Positions 23,086-36,339 of a stretch of DNA of 64,000 nt are shown piece by piece (position 1 is the first letter of the stretch; the number at the start of each line of letters is the position of its first letter). The stretch is from Octopus bimaculoides (lineage: Eukaryota), in contig NC_068985.1 of the NCBI RefSeq assembly GCF_001194135.2, forward strand, positions 5,120,264 through 5,184,263, read 5' to 3'. The position numbers and the translations under genes are program-made. The notes beneath the pieces are model-generated. The model was not told where the DNA came from, did no database searches, and worked only from the letters and a program-made list of their open reading frames with translations.

Positions 23086-23952
23086 AACTGTAAGAAACAA
23101 TTTTTTTTTACAATTTGTTGGATACCATTTTTTTTTCGTAGAGTTGGATGTTGAGCTTTTCTGGTGATATTGCCTATCGACAGAAGAGTATGATGACCCG
23201 TTAAAAGAATTGCTCAATCATAATTGCTGTGTTATGCGATGTGGTTAGGAGCTGGTGTCTTTTGCAGATGACAGGTCCTCAGCGAATGTTGTCCAATTTG
23301 CGTCAAATTTTTATGTAATGCATGCCGTTCATTCGGCGAAAAAAAGCAATTTTACTAAATTTAATAATGACAGTTGGAAACAATTATCAAGAAATGACTG
23401 AAATCCGATTGCAAAGAAAATGAAGTTGTCATTGAAACTGGAAGATAGGAATTAATTTTCGTAATGTAGAATCGAGCATTGTTGTACAGTCAACAAGTGC
23501 GGAAGACGGCTCTCACTATTGTTGTGATTGGCACAACTGAGACGTCAGCAGAATAAGAAGAAAAGCTAGAGAAAGAGAAAAAGATGTCAAGTCCAGGTGG
23601 TTACTAAGATATGATTTATAAACTGAAAAAAAACATTCTGTTTTGATGTACATACAGTAATTATGAATATACTTTTGCTAGCAAAAATAATACCATAACC
23701 GTTCTATGTATGCTATTCTGGTCACTGGTGTACTTGTATATTAGCAAGTGAGCCCCTTATGACGACTTCCTTATTTTGCTGCTGTCCCAGATGTGCTAAT
23801 AACTTTCAGTTGCTTAAATTTGGCAATGAACTGTGCAATGTAAATGTTTTTGGTTTGCAAAATAAAGAATGGCGCATTTGAATAATAAAATAAAGAAAAT
23901 ACAGAAACACACTGAGAAATAATTTCAGAGTTTTGGGATTAAGAGAAAAACA

Positions 23953-24115
23953 GGCGTAAGGGTGGTAAAGTGGTAAGAAGTTTGCTTCATAACCACATGG
24001 TCCCGAGTTCAGTGCTACTGCGTGCGACTTTGGACAAATGTCTTCTACTATAACCTCGGGCCGACCAAAGCTTTAGCAGTGGATTTCGTAGGCAGAAACT
24101 GAAAGAAGCCCATCA
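23953..24115 (+). mobile_element. SINE family C
   Basis: GGTAAGAAGTTTGCTTCATAACCACATGG...GAAACTGAAAGAAGCCC. Confidence 0.85.
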
Positions 24116-24180
24116 CATACATACATACATACATACACGCACATGCATACATGCATAGATACATACAAACGTAACATATG

Positions 24181-24712
24181 CAGTACCTGGCAGTGGCTCA
24201 CAGAGCTTTTGATCTTAATTGATTGGAAGTGTTATCATGTACATTGTTTTGTCATGGTATAAAAGAAGGGTTACAGCAAATATTCTACTTAATACCACAG
24301 ATTTGCTTGTCAGTTGTTTGACCTTAACCAGTTGAGCATGTCCCTTGGTGGCTGACGATTTGTGCATCTCTGATCATGAGCAGAAGTAGTGGGGGAGCAT
24401 CATAGCCAAGTGTTGAGAGGAATTCTTCGGTGTTTGGATAATCCACCTTTGGAAACATGGGTGTTTCGTTCAACATCCTTAAACAACCTTTATCCAGAGA
24501 CCTTTTGAGCGCGATGGGTGAATCAGCCTGAAGAAAATTCTAACTGGGCCCTAGCTGCGAGGTCATGCACTGTTTATCTTCATATGAGACCACCATGTCG
24601 CGCACATATGGTTATGATGCATGTGCCTGGTGTACCCTTATCAGACGGGTAGTCATGGTGGGTATACTGAGCTTCGTATATTTTTACCCCAGTATCACTT
24701 TGATAGCACGCA

Positions 24713-24715
<3 letters not shown>
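24181..24715 (-). other. Possible 3' end of an unclassified non-LTR element
   Basis: More GC-balanced block starting with a short frame end VVRAIKVILG*. Single copy in the window, no diagnostic motif. Confidence 0.25.
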
Positions 24716-24755
<40 letters not shown>

Positions 24756-25526
24756 NNNNNNNNNNNNNNNNNNNNNNNNNNNNNNNNNNNNNNNNNNNNN
24801 NNNNNNNNNNNNNNNNNNNNNNNNNNNNNNNNNNNNNNNNNNNNNNNNNNNNNNNNNNNNNNNNNNNNNNNNNNNNNNNNNNNNNNNNNNNNNNNNNNNN
24901 NNNNNNNNNNNNNNNNNNNNNNNNNNNNNNNNNNNNNNNNNNNNNNNNNNNNNNNNNNNNNNNNNNNNNNNNNNNNNNNNNNNNNNNNNNNNNNNNNNNN
25001 NNNNNNNNNNNNNNNNNNNNNNNNNNNNNNNNNNNNNNNNNNNNNNNNNNNNNNNNNNNNNNNNNNNNNNNNNNNNNNNNNNNNNNNNNNNNNNNNNNNN
25101 NNNNNNNNNNNNNNNNNNNNNNNNNNNNNNNNNNNNNNNNNNNNNNNNNNNNNNNNNNNNNNNNNNNNNNNNNNNNNNNNNNNNNNNNNNNNNNNNNNNN
25201 NNNNNNNNNNNNNNNNNNNNNNNNNNNNNNNNNNNNNNNNNNNNNNNNNNNNNNNNNNNNNNNNNNNNNNNNNNNNNNNNNNNNNNNNNNNNNNNNNNNN
25301 NNNNNNNNNNNNNNNNNNNNNNNNNNNNNNNNNNNNNNNNNNNNNNNNNNNNNNNNNNNNNNNNNNNNNNNNNNNNNNNNNNNNNNNNNNNNNNNNNNNN
25401 NNNNNNNNNNNNNNNNNNNNNNNNNNNNNNNNNNNNNNNNNNNNNNNNNNNNNNNNNNNNNNNNNNNNNNNNNNNNNNNNNNNTATATATGTATATACAC
25501 ATGTATGTATATACATAGATACATAC

Positions 25527-25565
<39 letters not shown>

Positions 25566-25594
25566 GATGTGTTTGTTTGTGTCTTTGTGTGTGT

Positions 25595-25680
25595 GTTTGC
25601 CCCCCGACGTCGCTTGACAACTGGTGTTGCTTTGTTTCCGTTCCCGTAATTTAAAGCGGTTCGGTAAAAGTGAAGAATAA
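25595..25680 (+). mobile_element. SINE module D fragment
   Basis: CGCTTGACAACTGGTGTTG...GCGGTTCGGTAAAAG. Confidence 0.7.
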
Positions 25681-26546
25681 AATAAATTGCACTACTTTTT
25701 GATTTACCTTCGTAACGCTGAGTTGGAATATTTCTAAATATGTTTTCCATGACGTGAAAAATTGTCTATTTAAGAAAGAAAAACTCTATGCATTTCCTTC
25801 ATTATAGGTAGTGAAAATAATACGAAAAATAAAATTTGGTGTATGAAAAGAAGACAAAAAAATAATCAGATCAATCACAATTTTGCTGCCCACACACGTA
25901 AAACCTATGATGGAACGCTTCTTTTTACTTTTCACTGTGAAGCTAAAATGGATGTTTATGAAAAAAATTATATCACAGATTTCAAAGTAGTTGACTCAGC
26001 CAACCATAGACAAATAAGAGACGGACAATGCCGTCCCTGACGAAAGTTCAGAAATTCCTCAACACATTTCGTTACTAAACGATGAATATACGTGAGTGTA
26101 ATTAAAAATGAAAACACGTAAACTGTATAATTATAGACATAAAAGTATTATCAAGTAAATTTCTCTAATATTTAAATTCCACACCGTGACGTTGTGTTCC
26201 AGGTGATTTACAACGCCATCTCTTTCTAGAAATGCGTGGATGGGAATTTCCTGGAAAGTTTGTCTGTAAATTCTACTTTGTTAAAATAATTCAAAATGGC
26301 AACCAATACAATTTTTTTATTATAATTTCTTCCCATTTTTCAGTTACAGTAGATCTATTGTCATAATTTCTAGTGGTTTCTTACTTACCGGCCTACCGAC
26401 GCAAGCAGACGCACACATACTCAAGTATATATTGGCATGTATAAATGTTGTATGTATACAATGCGTTTGTGGNNNNNNNNNNAAAAATATGGAACCATTA
26501 TTCTATGCTAATTCAGTTACTTTTGTCAAGTTCTCTTTTCAGTTTG

Positions 26547-26575
<29 letters not shown>

Positions 26576-26580
<5 letters not shown>

Positions 26581-26770
26581 TTTTCTACTCTAGGCCCAAG
26601 GCCTGAAAGTTTTGGGGAGGGACCCAGTCGATTAGATGGACCCCAGTACGCAACTGGTACTTAATTTATCGACCCTGAAAGGATGAAAGGCAAAGTCGAC
26701 CTCAGAATTTGAACTCAGAACGTAAAGACAGACGAAATACATACCGCTAAGCATTTCGCCCGGCGTGCAA
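26576..26770 (-). mobile_element. SINE family A
   Basis: Close to family consensus. Confidence 0.9.
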
Positions 26771-27477
26771 CAAAATGGCCGTAGTCTAATAACTAAGGCA
26801 AGTAAAAGAGAAGATAAATAAATGCTTGCCACATAAAGTGAGGTCCTCTTTTGAGTGAAGTTCGCTGTATAAGTCTACCTGTTAATACTTCGCTCCAGTC
26901 AGTTTCAAGTACTTGATTGGCTCAACGTGTGCTGGGGAAACTTTCACAAAATGGATTCTCTTGTTTTAATACATTTGGAATGAAAACAAACATCTGTAAC
27001 TTACAGTTAATTGGAAATCATCAAGGCTATTAGGTTTCTGTATGATGGTTTTCCAATAGAAGTGCTCGTGTTGTACCGCTAGGTGTTTACTGCTCCAAGA
27101 GTCATTTGATAACGATCCCAATGACCGGTGAAACAAAGCTGTGAAGCACTTCATTAACCAACGCATTCTTGATTATTAAAAGTTTGGCTAATTTATTTCA
27201 AAACACTGCCAAAGCACTTGCAATTATCTGTGAAAATAGTTCTCATCTGTGCTTTGCAGGCGTAGCATGGATACTAATGTCATCGCTTAGCTATCGGTTA
27301 TTTTATAGGAATTAACACAATGTCAACTGTAATTTAGTCAGTCATTTAAGAGGAATTCGCTAATTCGGTTAGGTTATGAATAATGATATATCATAATGTG
27401 ACTAGAAATATTGGTACGAAGTACATTGAAGCTATTATCTTTAATTTGTAAATTCAACTTGCTTTACAAGGTTTGCA

Positions 27478-27851
27478 GTGTGGAGGCGCAATGGCCCAGT
27501 GGTTAGGGCAGCGGACTCGCGGTTATAGGATCGCGGTTTCGATTCCCAGACCAGGCGTTGTGAGTGTTTATTGAGCGAAAACACTTAAAGCTCCACGAGG
27601 CTCCGCCAAGGGATGGTGGCGAACTCTGCTGTACTCTTCCACCACAACTTTCTCTCACTCTTACTTCCTCTTTCTGTTGTGCCTGTCGCACTGTGTCACG
27701 CTGAATATCCCCGAGAACTACGTTAAGGGTACACATGTCTGTGGAGTGCTCAGCCACTTGCACGCTAATTTCACGAGCAGGCTGTTCCGTTGATCGGATC
27801 AACTGGAACCCTCGACGTCGTAAACGACGGAGTGCCAACAACAACAACAAC
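27478..27851 (+). mobile_element. Full-length SINE family B with (CAA)n tail
   Basis: A-box TGGCCCAGTGG, B-box GGTTTCGATTCC, tail CGACGGAGTGCCAACAACAAC. Confidence 0.92.
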
Positions 27852-27993
27852 AGTACCACAGTGGAATTATTTACACCAGTCGGTATGTCTCATTTTTATT
27901 TGAGTACTTATGGTAACATATATACTGAATACATTTATTACAGAAATATAATCTAATAATGATATTATATAATACAACACAATATCACGGTAT

Positions 27994-28210
27994 AAGGCGC
28001 CGAGCTGACAGAATCGTTAGCACTCCGGACAAAATGCTTAGCGATATTTCGTCCGTCTTCACGTTCTGAGTTCAAATTCCGTCGAGGTCGGCTTTCCCTT
28101 TTATCCTTTCAGGGTCGATAAAAGAAATACCAGTTGAACACTGGGGTCTATTTAATCGACTTAGCCCCGCCTCTAAGCTGCTGGCCTTGAGCTAAAATTT
28201 GAAACCAATA
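27994..28210 (+). mobile_element. Full-length SINE family A
   Basis: AAGGCGCCGAGCTGACAGAATCG...GAGTTCAAATTCC...TTTGAAACCAATA. Confidence 0.9.
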
Positions 28211-28214
28211 AAAC

Positions 28215-28590
28215 AGCCTGGTATCGTCCAGGCTATCAGACGCTGTTATACATTGTTGGTCATAATGTACTTTGCAAGTGTTTTAGCTTTCGAATGATGT
28301 GACCTGGCTGGCTCAGGCAGCAAGTGCTGATCGGATGTTTAGTCCCGTTCGCAACTGAGTGTACTGGGGCTACGTGAAATGAGGTTGGGCTCAAGAGCGC
28401 AACGAACCGCCTTAACAACTGATGCTGGTGTTTACGTCCGCGTAAATAAGCGGTTCGGCAAAGATACTGATGGAATTAGTGCAAGACTTTAAAAGAATAA
28501 GTACTGGAGACGATTCATTCGATTAAAAAATTTTCAAGGCAGTGCTCCAGCATGGTCGTAGTTAAATGACTGAAACAAATAGAAGGTTAA
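28215..28590. mobile_element. G-type SINE on - (tail H, 28215-28410) abutting module D on + (28410-28590)
   Basis: Minus: CTCTTGAGCCCAACCTCATTTCACGTAGCCCCAGTACACTCAG. Tail motif TTTTAGCTTTCGAATGATG is shared with 35650-35880. Confidence 0.65.
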
Positions 28591-29419
28591 AGGTACAAGA
28601 TACGTGCAGTGGTGAGTATTTTCACAAGTTCTTAAAGCACTCTTATGGTACTTTAGTAACGAGTAGCAAACATCACCTCCTCCTCTCACTATCCGTCTCC
28701 GTTCGTTATCTATAATTTCTCCACAGTAGATGAACCATCACTGTATGATTTGGATCATAAGTATGCTGAATGTATATCAGCAGGGGAAGATTATCTCTTT
28801 TCTCCACAGTTAGAAGAAGAAGAAAAAGAAATGAGTTCAGCTTATTTGATTTCAAGTCTCATGTTATGTCATGCTGACGAGTTAAAAAAAGGATGAAATA
28901 GTACTATTCACGACTACCAGTGAGATGACCATTTTATCTCATGGAAATAATGAGGAAAAATAGAAAAAAATATATAGAAATATATAGAAATAAATGTATA
29001 TTCTTTATTATTTGATATTAATTCCTCAGCAAATACTTAAAAGTAGAAAAGATTTTTTTCCCTTAAGGAACTGTCTGCAGTGCAACGACGTATTTGTAAG
29101 ACTCTGGTTGTATTTCTAATATTATCCACAGAAACTGGTGAAAATATGCCATGACAAAATAGAATTAAACTATACCGATCTGAAATCATTTCAACTGATA
29201 ATACAACATGAAAATACCGCTAGAAATTCCATTTTTGCACCCGAAAAGGACGTGCAAAGACGGACTTGTGCTTTTGTTCGTAGAGAAAACATTAATTGTA
29301 TCTACGTGAAGAGCTTTTACGCAAAGCAAATCTACACTGGAATCAATTTTTGGCATTTCATTATTAAGTTTTATTTTTGGTTATGATTAAATTTCTTCCT
29401 GTCTGTCTCTCCTCCTCCT

Positions 29420-29570
<151 letters not shown>

Positions 29571-31214
29571 TATCTTTAATTCTTATCTTTCACTTCACTT
29601 CTCAATCACACTCATTTCAAAGTCATTTTCCATTTTATCACCTCATTATGCAGTGCCAATTAGAGCCAGTACTTTTTTTTATTATTTCACAGCATATATA
29701 TTTTAACTGTGGTACTTAAAACGGAAACCGACGAATTTTACTTCAGTTCTAAGTTATAATCGGACATAGTAAACCGTTTACTGCAAAGTATTAACGTACA
29801 ACACATAAGTTGGCTAGACAAGCACTTTAACAACTCAACGTCTCAGAAGTGTTTGTACTGAAGAAAGTCTATTTGAAGAATTTATTTTTGACGCTTCCAG
29901 CAGAATTCTTTTTCGGAGAAATGTGATGGGACACACTTCCAAAGCACTTCTCTATCTTGTTTCCCGAAGATGTGCCCCGGGCAAACTCATTAATCCTCAC
30001 GGCAGACGAATTTCTCTCATTTTATGAATTTTATTAACTTCCTATATTTTTGGCGATGTGTTTCCTTAAGATTCTGAAGTTTTATTTCTTTATCGTTTAT
30101 TTAGGATTATTTTTACGATAAAGCGGTTTGGGATGGGATTTGGGGGGCAATGATTAAGAACAGAAATAACATTTTCAAATGGATAAAAATAACATCGTGT
30201 TTTGTTCTTTCTTAACTTTATCTCATTACTTGAGGGCACTTAAAAACTACAGTGACAAAATATATGTTGTGTAAGGGGAAAATGTTTTAATTAATGGCTG
30301 TTGCTATAATTTAATAATAACTGATGGGATAATGCTGTCCAGATGGTGGTGTCGGCGTCAGCAGCGTCGGGGTGGTGGTGGTGGTTATTACAGTGTTGAG
30401 AGATGGTCATAGTGTTATATGGAAATGTAATAAGGAAATATAACAAGCAAAGGAAATATGAATATTTGAAAAGTTGAGGTTAGAAACGAGATCAAAGTTC
30501 AACCAACGAAATAATGTGGAACAGAAGTGTATTATAAATGGTGAGAAAAAAAATGATGTTGAAAATATAAAAACTGCAACAGAGGGAGATTACGTGACGT
30601 AGGAGGGTATAGAGGGAAGACAAATGGAAATACTAGCTTTCTCTCTTTCTCTCCGTCTCTCTTTATATATATGTATGTATGTATATATGTCTGCGTGTGT
30701 GAATATATATGTATGTATTTAAGTGTGTGTGTGTGTGTAGATAGAGTGATAGGTAGACAGGCAGTCAGACAGATAGCGATAGACAGATATAATGAAATGA
30801 CTAGCCACGGAGTTGTTTTTCGTGATTGAACTCTCCCTTTCTGTCCCGCTATCGGAATGTGGAAAGAGAAAGCAGTGACTGTGCTGTTGCATGTGAAAGA
30901 AAGAGAGAGTATTGATAAATAGAGAAGTGGAGCAGTGAGACGGTCGAATGGTGATAAAAATACCCAGCAACCAATAAGGTAGACATATTGTAAGGCGAAC
31001 AAGATATCAAGTGAAGTGGAACAAATTGTGAGAGAAAGCCTGCGTAAAAGAAGAGTTGGAAAGAATATGGGTGGAACCATATAGCAGAGGAGGGCGGAAT
31101 TAAAGAAGTAACATGATAAAATTGCTGAAGTTTTTATACTAAGTGAATTTGAGAGCAAGATAGATAAATGGATAGAGAGATAGATGCAAAGATACATACA
31201 TTGACAGATAAATA

Positions 31215-31259
<45 letters not shown>

Positions 31260-31290
31260 ACAGACAGACAGACAGACAGACAGATAGATA

Positions 31291-31635
31291 GGGTGAAAGG
31301 TGACCCCCTTCGGACATGAATGACTATGGGATTGCATCTAGAAAGTTACCCCACGAGGCACAAGTCCGGGCAAGGTTGTTTATGGAAGACCAGCAGTCGC
31401 CTATGCATACCAGCTTCCCCTCTCCATGCCACCAATGTTATCCAAAGGAAAGGCAAAGGGGCCGATACAGCTTGGCACCAGTGACGTCACAACACATTCT
31501 AATACTGAGTGAATTCAAGCAACGTGAAATAAAGTGTCTTGCTCAAGAATACAGCACGCAACCTGGTCCAGGAATCTAGCTCACAACCTCACAATCGTAA
31601 GCTCGACGCTCTAACCACTAAGCCACGCGCCTTCA
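31291..31635 (-). mobile_element. SINE family G head with a distinct 3' tail
   Basis: TGAAGGCGCGTGGCTTAGTGGTTAGAGCG...TTCTTGAGCAAGACACTTTATTTCACGTTG, then a tail unlike the other G copies. Confidence 0.8.
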
Positions 31636-31715
31636 CATGATAGATAGATAGATAGATAGATAGAGAGGGATTAGACAGAAATTAATGAGTGTATGTTATA
31701 TTTAGTGTGAGGAAG

Positions 31716-31925
31716 AAGGCAGCGAGCTGGCAGAGTGGTTAGCACGCCGGGCGAAATGCTGAGCAGTATTTCGTCTGCCGCTACATTTTGAGTTCAAATT
31801 TCGTCGAGGTCGACTTTGCCTTTCATCTTTTCGGAGTCGATAAATTAAGTACTAGTTACGCACTGAGTTGGGGTGAGGGTGAGTGTGGGGGGAGGGGTCG
31901 ATGTAATCGGCTTAATCCCTTCCTC
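31716..31925 (+). mobile_element. SINE family A with a G-rich insert
   Basis: AAGGCAGCGAGCTGGCAGAG...GAGTTCAAATTTCG...GTCGATGTAATCGGC. Confidence 0.9.
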
Positions 31926-32526
31926 CCAAATGTTTCGAGTGGAACGGGAGCTTCAAAAGTGGAAGAACGTCCCTGGAAGACAACGAGCGATCTGGAAGAC
32001 CTGCCATAGGTATCACCCCGGAAATATGGTATTGTGCATCGAGAATTCGTCCCTCAGGACCAAACCGTCGATCGAGAGTTCTACTGCGGCGCTTTGAAGC
32101 GTTCGAGGGAGGACTTTCGGCGAAAGCGTCCGGATCTGTGGAGCGCGAAGAACTAATTCTTGACAACGACAATGCACCCTGTCACCAAACTCTCCTCGCC
32201 AAATAAGACATAGTATTATTTCCGCACCCATCTTATTCATCAGATTTAACAGACGCGGACTTTCAACTCTTCGCCAAGATGAAAATGCAGCTCAAAGGCC
32301 ACCGTTTAACAGCGTTGTCAAGATCTGGAGCGAATCCCTTAAAAGTCCTCGACTCACGGAAAACGACTTCCAGGTCGGATTCCAAAAGAAGCAGAAACGT
32401 TGGAATCGGTGTAGTGCTGCGGCGCAAGGTGACTATTCCGAAGAGGATGATGCTAAAACTCAGTCTAAACTAAGTTATTTTTTATTAACCATAACTCGTC
32501 CGGGAACCTTTCGATGCCACCTCGTA
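31923..32526 (+). pseudogene. Decayed mariner transposase with right TIR
   Basis: CFEWNGSFKSGRTSLEDNERSGRP (HTH region); GIVHREFVPQDQTVDREFYC...RRKRPDLW; DNAPCH; PHPSYSSDLTDADFQLF (HPPYSPDL motif). TIR TCCGGGAACCTTTCGATGCCACCTCG + TA at 32499-32526. Confidence 0.92.
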
Positions 32527-32710
32527 ATGATGTTCTCACCATTATGTCTGCAAGAATGGCGCCGACTATACTCTGTAAAGGAAATCTAACAAATCAAAAC
32601 ATATTCTGAGACAGTTTTACTAATTTTCACGAATCATTTCCTTTCTTGACTCTCTTGTTGTTTCTAACTGATCTATTAATGTTCACTACATTTAATTGTA
32701 TTGTCATCAT

Positions 32711-33306
32711 CAGTTCGAATATGCTTGATGCATGTTCAAACTGGGGAACAAGCTACTCACTGCGTTTTGTCACGGAAAATATATCTCGTTTGTTGACAAC
32801 TGGTGTGTATACAACTCAGGTGGAGGAGCAATGACCCAGTGGTTAGGGCAGCATTGTGAGTGTTTATTGAGCGAAAACTCCTAAAGCTCCACGAGGCTCC
32901 GGCAAAGGATGGTAGTGAACCCTGCTGTACTCTTTCACCACAACTTTCTCTCACTCTTTCTTCCCGCATCTGTTGTACCTGTATTTCAAAGGGCTAGCCT
33001 TGTCACACTCTGTGTCACGCTGAACCTCCCCGAGAAATATATTAAGGGCACACGTGTTTGTGGAGTGCTCAGCCACTTGCACGTTAATTTCACAAGCAGG
33101 CTGTTCCCTTGATCAGATCAACTGGAACCCTCGTCGTCGCAACCGACGGAGGGCCACGATACACCTCACAGTCTGGGTAGGTAACGCTGCGAGCTGATCT
33201 AGATGTATACACACCGTTTTTCAACGAACGGCATATGTTCGCTGTGACAAAACGTAGTGAGTAGCTTGTTCCCCAGTTCGAACGTACATCATGCATATTC
33301 GAACTG
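32711..33306. mobile_element. MITE/foldback element with about 103-bp inverted arms
   Basis: Arms at 32711-32813 and 33204-33306 (CAGTTCGAATATGC...AACTGGGGAACAAGCTACTCACT...GTGTGTATACA). No clear TSD. Confidence 0.8.
32819..33158 (+). mobile_element. SINE family B (head partly deleted) nested in the MITE
   Basis: TSD ATACAACTCA / ATACACCTCA at 32809-32818 and 33159-33168. Confidence 0.88.
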
Positions 33307-33607
33307 ACAATAACATTGCAATTTTACTGACCACAGCTTAGCGCCCTCTCCCTAAGCTACATTTAATATCTAAATTCTTAATTGAATTGTTGTTAGTATC
33401 AACAAAGCGAAAGTTTATATTAAAGCTACAATAATGAAGAACCAGTTTTTCATCGTGTTTCCCACCCATAATATACATACTAACAACACGAATAACACGA
33501 AATACTTAAAATCTACTTGTTTCGATGTTAATGTCAAACAATTTTAGCACGTTAACTAATTGAGGTTTCCGGTGACCTCATTCTTCAGAACAATTTCTAA
33601 TTCTGGT

Positions 33608-33681
33608 TTGACATCCACAGACTAGTTTCGACGCCTGCTGGATAAGGGGAAAATACCCCGAAACTAGTCTGTGGATGTCAA
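33608..33681. repeat. Perfect 23-bp inverted repeat containing half of an HHR motif
   Basis: TTGACATCCACAGACTAGTTTCG / CGAAACTAGTCTGTGGATGTCAA. The + strand has GGGG-aaaata-CCCC-GAAAC-TA-GTC. Confidence 0.8.
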
Positions 33682-35142
33682 TTCTGCAAGAAGAAGCTGC
33701 TGAATTTCTAATTCCTAATGCATCTGTGTATCATGGACTTATCATAAAACAAACATTCATTTCTAGTTCAACCTAAAAACGAAATAATCCATATTTTAAA
33801 ATTGCACTTGTTTTAGTTATGGTCTACCCTGACAGACGGGACCTATAATAAAAGCCTTTCCAGCCATGACATTAAGGACTACTTTATGCTGTATGTTCAG
33901 TCTTTATATACGACAGTAGGATATGATTTAAAAAACAGCTCCTGCTAAATCTATCCTGTCAGGCCACCAGATTGGAGCCAATTCGTTCGCTCGCACCACA
34001 CATGTTTCTCCTTCTAAGTGGACTGTGTGAGAATTAAGTGCCTTCTGAAGTATCTAAGTGGAATGTCGACACTGTATCTGGTACGTCCACACCACATTCA
34101 CTTGATAAATTGCAGCTGTCTCTCTTTTTCTCTGTCTTCCTCGGTCTTCCTCTTCCTCTTTCACTTGATCTGGTTCTTTCTCTCACTTTTCCTATTGCCG
34201 GTTCACTTTCGTTATTGATCCTTCTTATTTAACTTCTTATTTTCTTAAATATTCTTCGCCTGCCGCATAATATTGAGATAAATCTGACATGACATTTAAC
34301 CAAAGATAATCAATGAAGGGGGAAAAAATCGATCATCTTAAAAGACAAGGAAAAAACAAATAAACAAAAAACAATGAAAATGTTCTGAAAAACCCCTCGT
34401 AGAACTTGTCGTCAATAACCAAATTCCAGCCAATCCTGGAATTTAACTCATCGAACAAATATCGAATAGTACTGAATACCCTTGGAAGAACAGACTCTTA
34501 TTCTGTTTAAGGTGAATGTCTCGGAATTTAGTAAAATTACAAAATAGAACGTTGGTTTCTTGTTGTTGTCTTTTGTTCTTCCAGTTTATTTGGTTTTTCT
34601 TTTCTTGTATTTCCAAAAGCTTCTCTCACTAACTTCCTCATACTATCCTGCTATGTTTTACTAGCAGATCTTAAAATACATGAATAGGACAATAATTTTT
34701 TTTGTTCTTATGTATGTGTGGGAGTAACTGTGTATATGCATGTTTTAGTGTAGTTTTCAGCTGTCGTTTCACTACTAACGACATGTCACGCTGACTTCCA
34801 GATATTGTAATGAAGACACAACTGTGCTGCATTTTTAAAATGGATTTAACACTTGTTCGATCAGTATTATAATTGCAATAAAGACACTCGCTGCTGTTGT
34901 TACTGCTGTTTAGCCATAGGCCAGTCAGTCATGATCAAAAGCGTTCCGACAGTGACTGTTGCGCCTTTATGTTTATTATAGGAATACAATACTATAAAAT
35001 GTGCGATGTCCTCTTGTTCTTACTAAGAAATGATGTGATTTAAGGAAATTTGACTGCTATTTCTAACATGCAGGACAAATATGTAATGGCTTCCTCATCA
35101 TCTTGTGCTTTGAGCGAATTGATGTGAGGAATAGTGTAACAC

Positions 35143-35326
35143 TATTCTTTTCTACTCTAGGCATAATGTCCGAAGTTTTTCGGGAGGGATCCGGTCGATT
35201 AGATCGACCCAGTACGCAAATGATACTCAATTTATCGATCCCGAAAGGATGAAAGGCAAAGTCGACCTCAGCGGAATTTGAAATCAGAACGTAAAGAGAG
35301 ACGAAAAACCGCTAAGCATCTCGCCC
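35143..35326 (-). mobile_element. SINE family A
   Basis: Core CCCGAAAGGATGAAAGGCAAAGTCGACC on +. Confidence 0.88.
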
Positions 35327-35649
35327 CTAAAAATAGCGCAACATTATTGACAGAGGAAAGAAGGCAACGGACCAAAAGAGGAGAGAAACCAAAACAACAA
35401 TAGACGTAGATCTTACTTGTTGAAATGATGTAAAGGGTAAATTTCTCCATTAGATAAGATTTTGCGTTTAGATTTTGGTTGTGTTAGGATCAGCTTGGGC
35501 GTTTATACAGTTTGGTTTCCGAAATAAATATTTGTAATATGACAATAGATTAATAAGAGAAGGATGTGTTTGAAGAGGACTATAACGTCATCATTGAAGT
35601 GTGGTGCTTATGTGTCTGTGTGTATACACGCATTTATATCATGTAATCG

Positions 35650-35880
35650 TAATCGACAAGAGTGTCGGATGGTGTTATAGAGCGCCGGTCACAATGCATT
35701 TTGTATCATTTTAGCTTTCAAATGATGCCACCACACTGGTTAGGTGAGCAGGCCAAAACCCTCCACTCCCTCATCAGAAGGGTTGACAACATCATCGCCG
35801 GGGTAACCCATTTACAGCTAAGTAGATTGTAACAACTTCATTCCAAAAAAGTGTTTTGTTCGAAAGCCCCGATCTCCCAA
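35650..35880 (-). mobile_element. Diverged G-like SINE with tail H
   Basis: Minus: GAACAAAACACTT...TAGCTGTAAATGGGTTACCCCGGCG...GAAAGCTAAAATG...GCATTGTGACC. Confidence 0.55.
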
Positions 35881-36160
35881 TCGTGAATGCAGCATCCTAA
35901 ACACCACGCCGTATGCCTCCTTAGTCTTCTCGATTTCGTTTCCTTTTTCTCGTTCCATTTTTTGCATCAACCTTCTACACGTTTTCTTCTTTCATGTTCT
36001 ATCTTATTTTCTGTGTCGTTGTTTTTAAAATGTATGACGTATAAACAGAGCCTGAAAGACTGCTTGGAGATACACGGCGTATTTTATAAATACGTCCAGT
36101 TAAAGGATCACAAAAGCGTTAAACTACTAGTAGCTCTCTTCGCTGTGTATTAAATTGACA

Positions 36161-36218
<58 letters not shown>

Positions 36219-36250
36219 CATGTGTGCGTGTGTGTGTGTGTATAGATATG

Positions 36251-36339
<89 letters not shown>

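Noticed and set aside
27478-27560. Possible tRNA genes at SINE heads
   Set aside because: A/B boxes are present but there is no complete cloverleaf, and each continues into a repeated SINE body.
33560-33590. CTGAAGA...GAAAC on the minus strand
   Set aside because: No stem II adjacent to the core and no stem I/III pairing.
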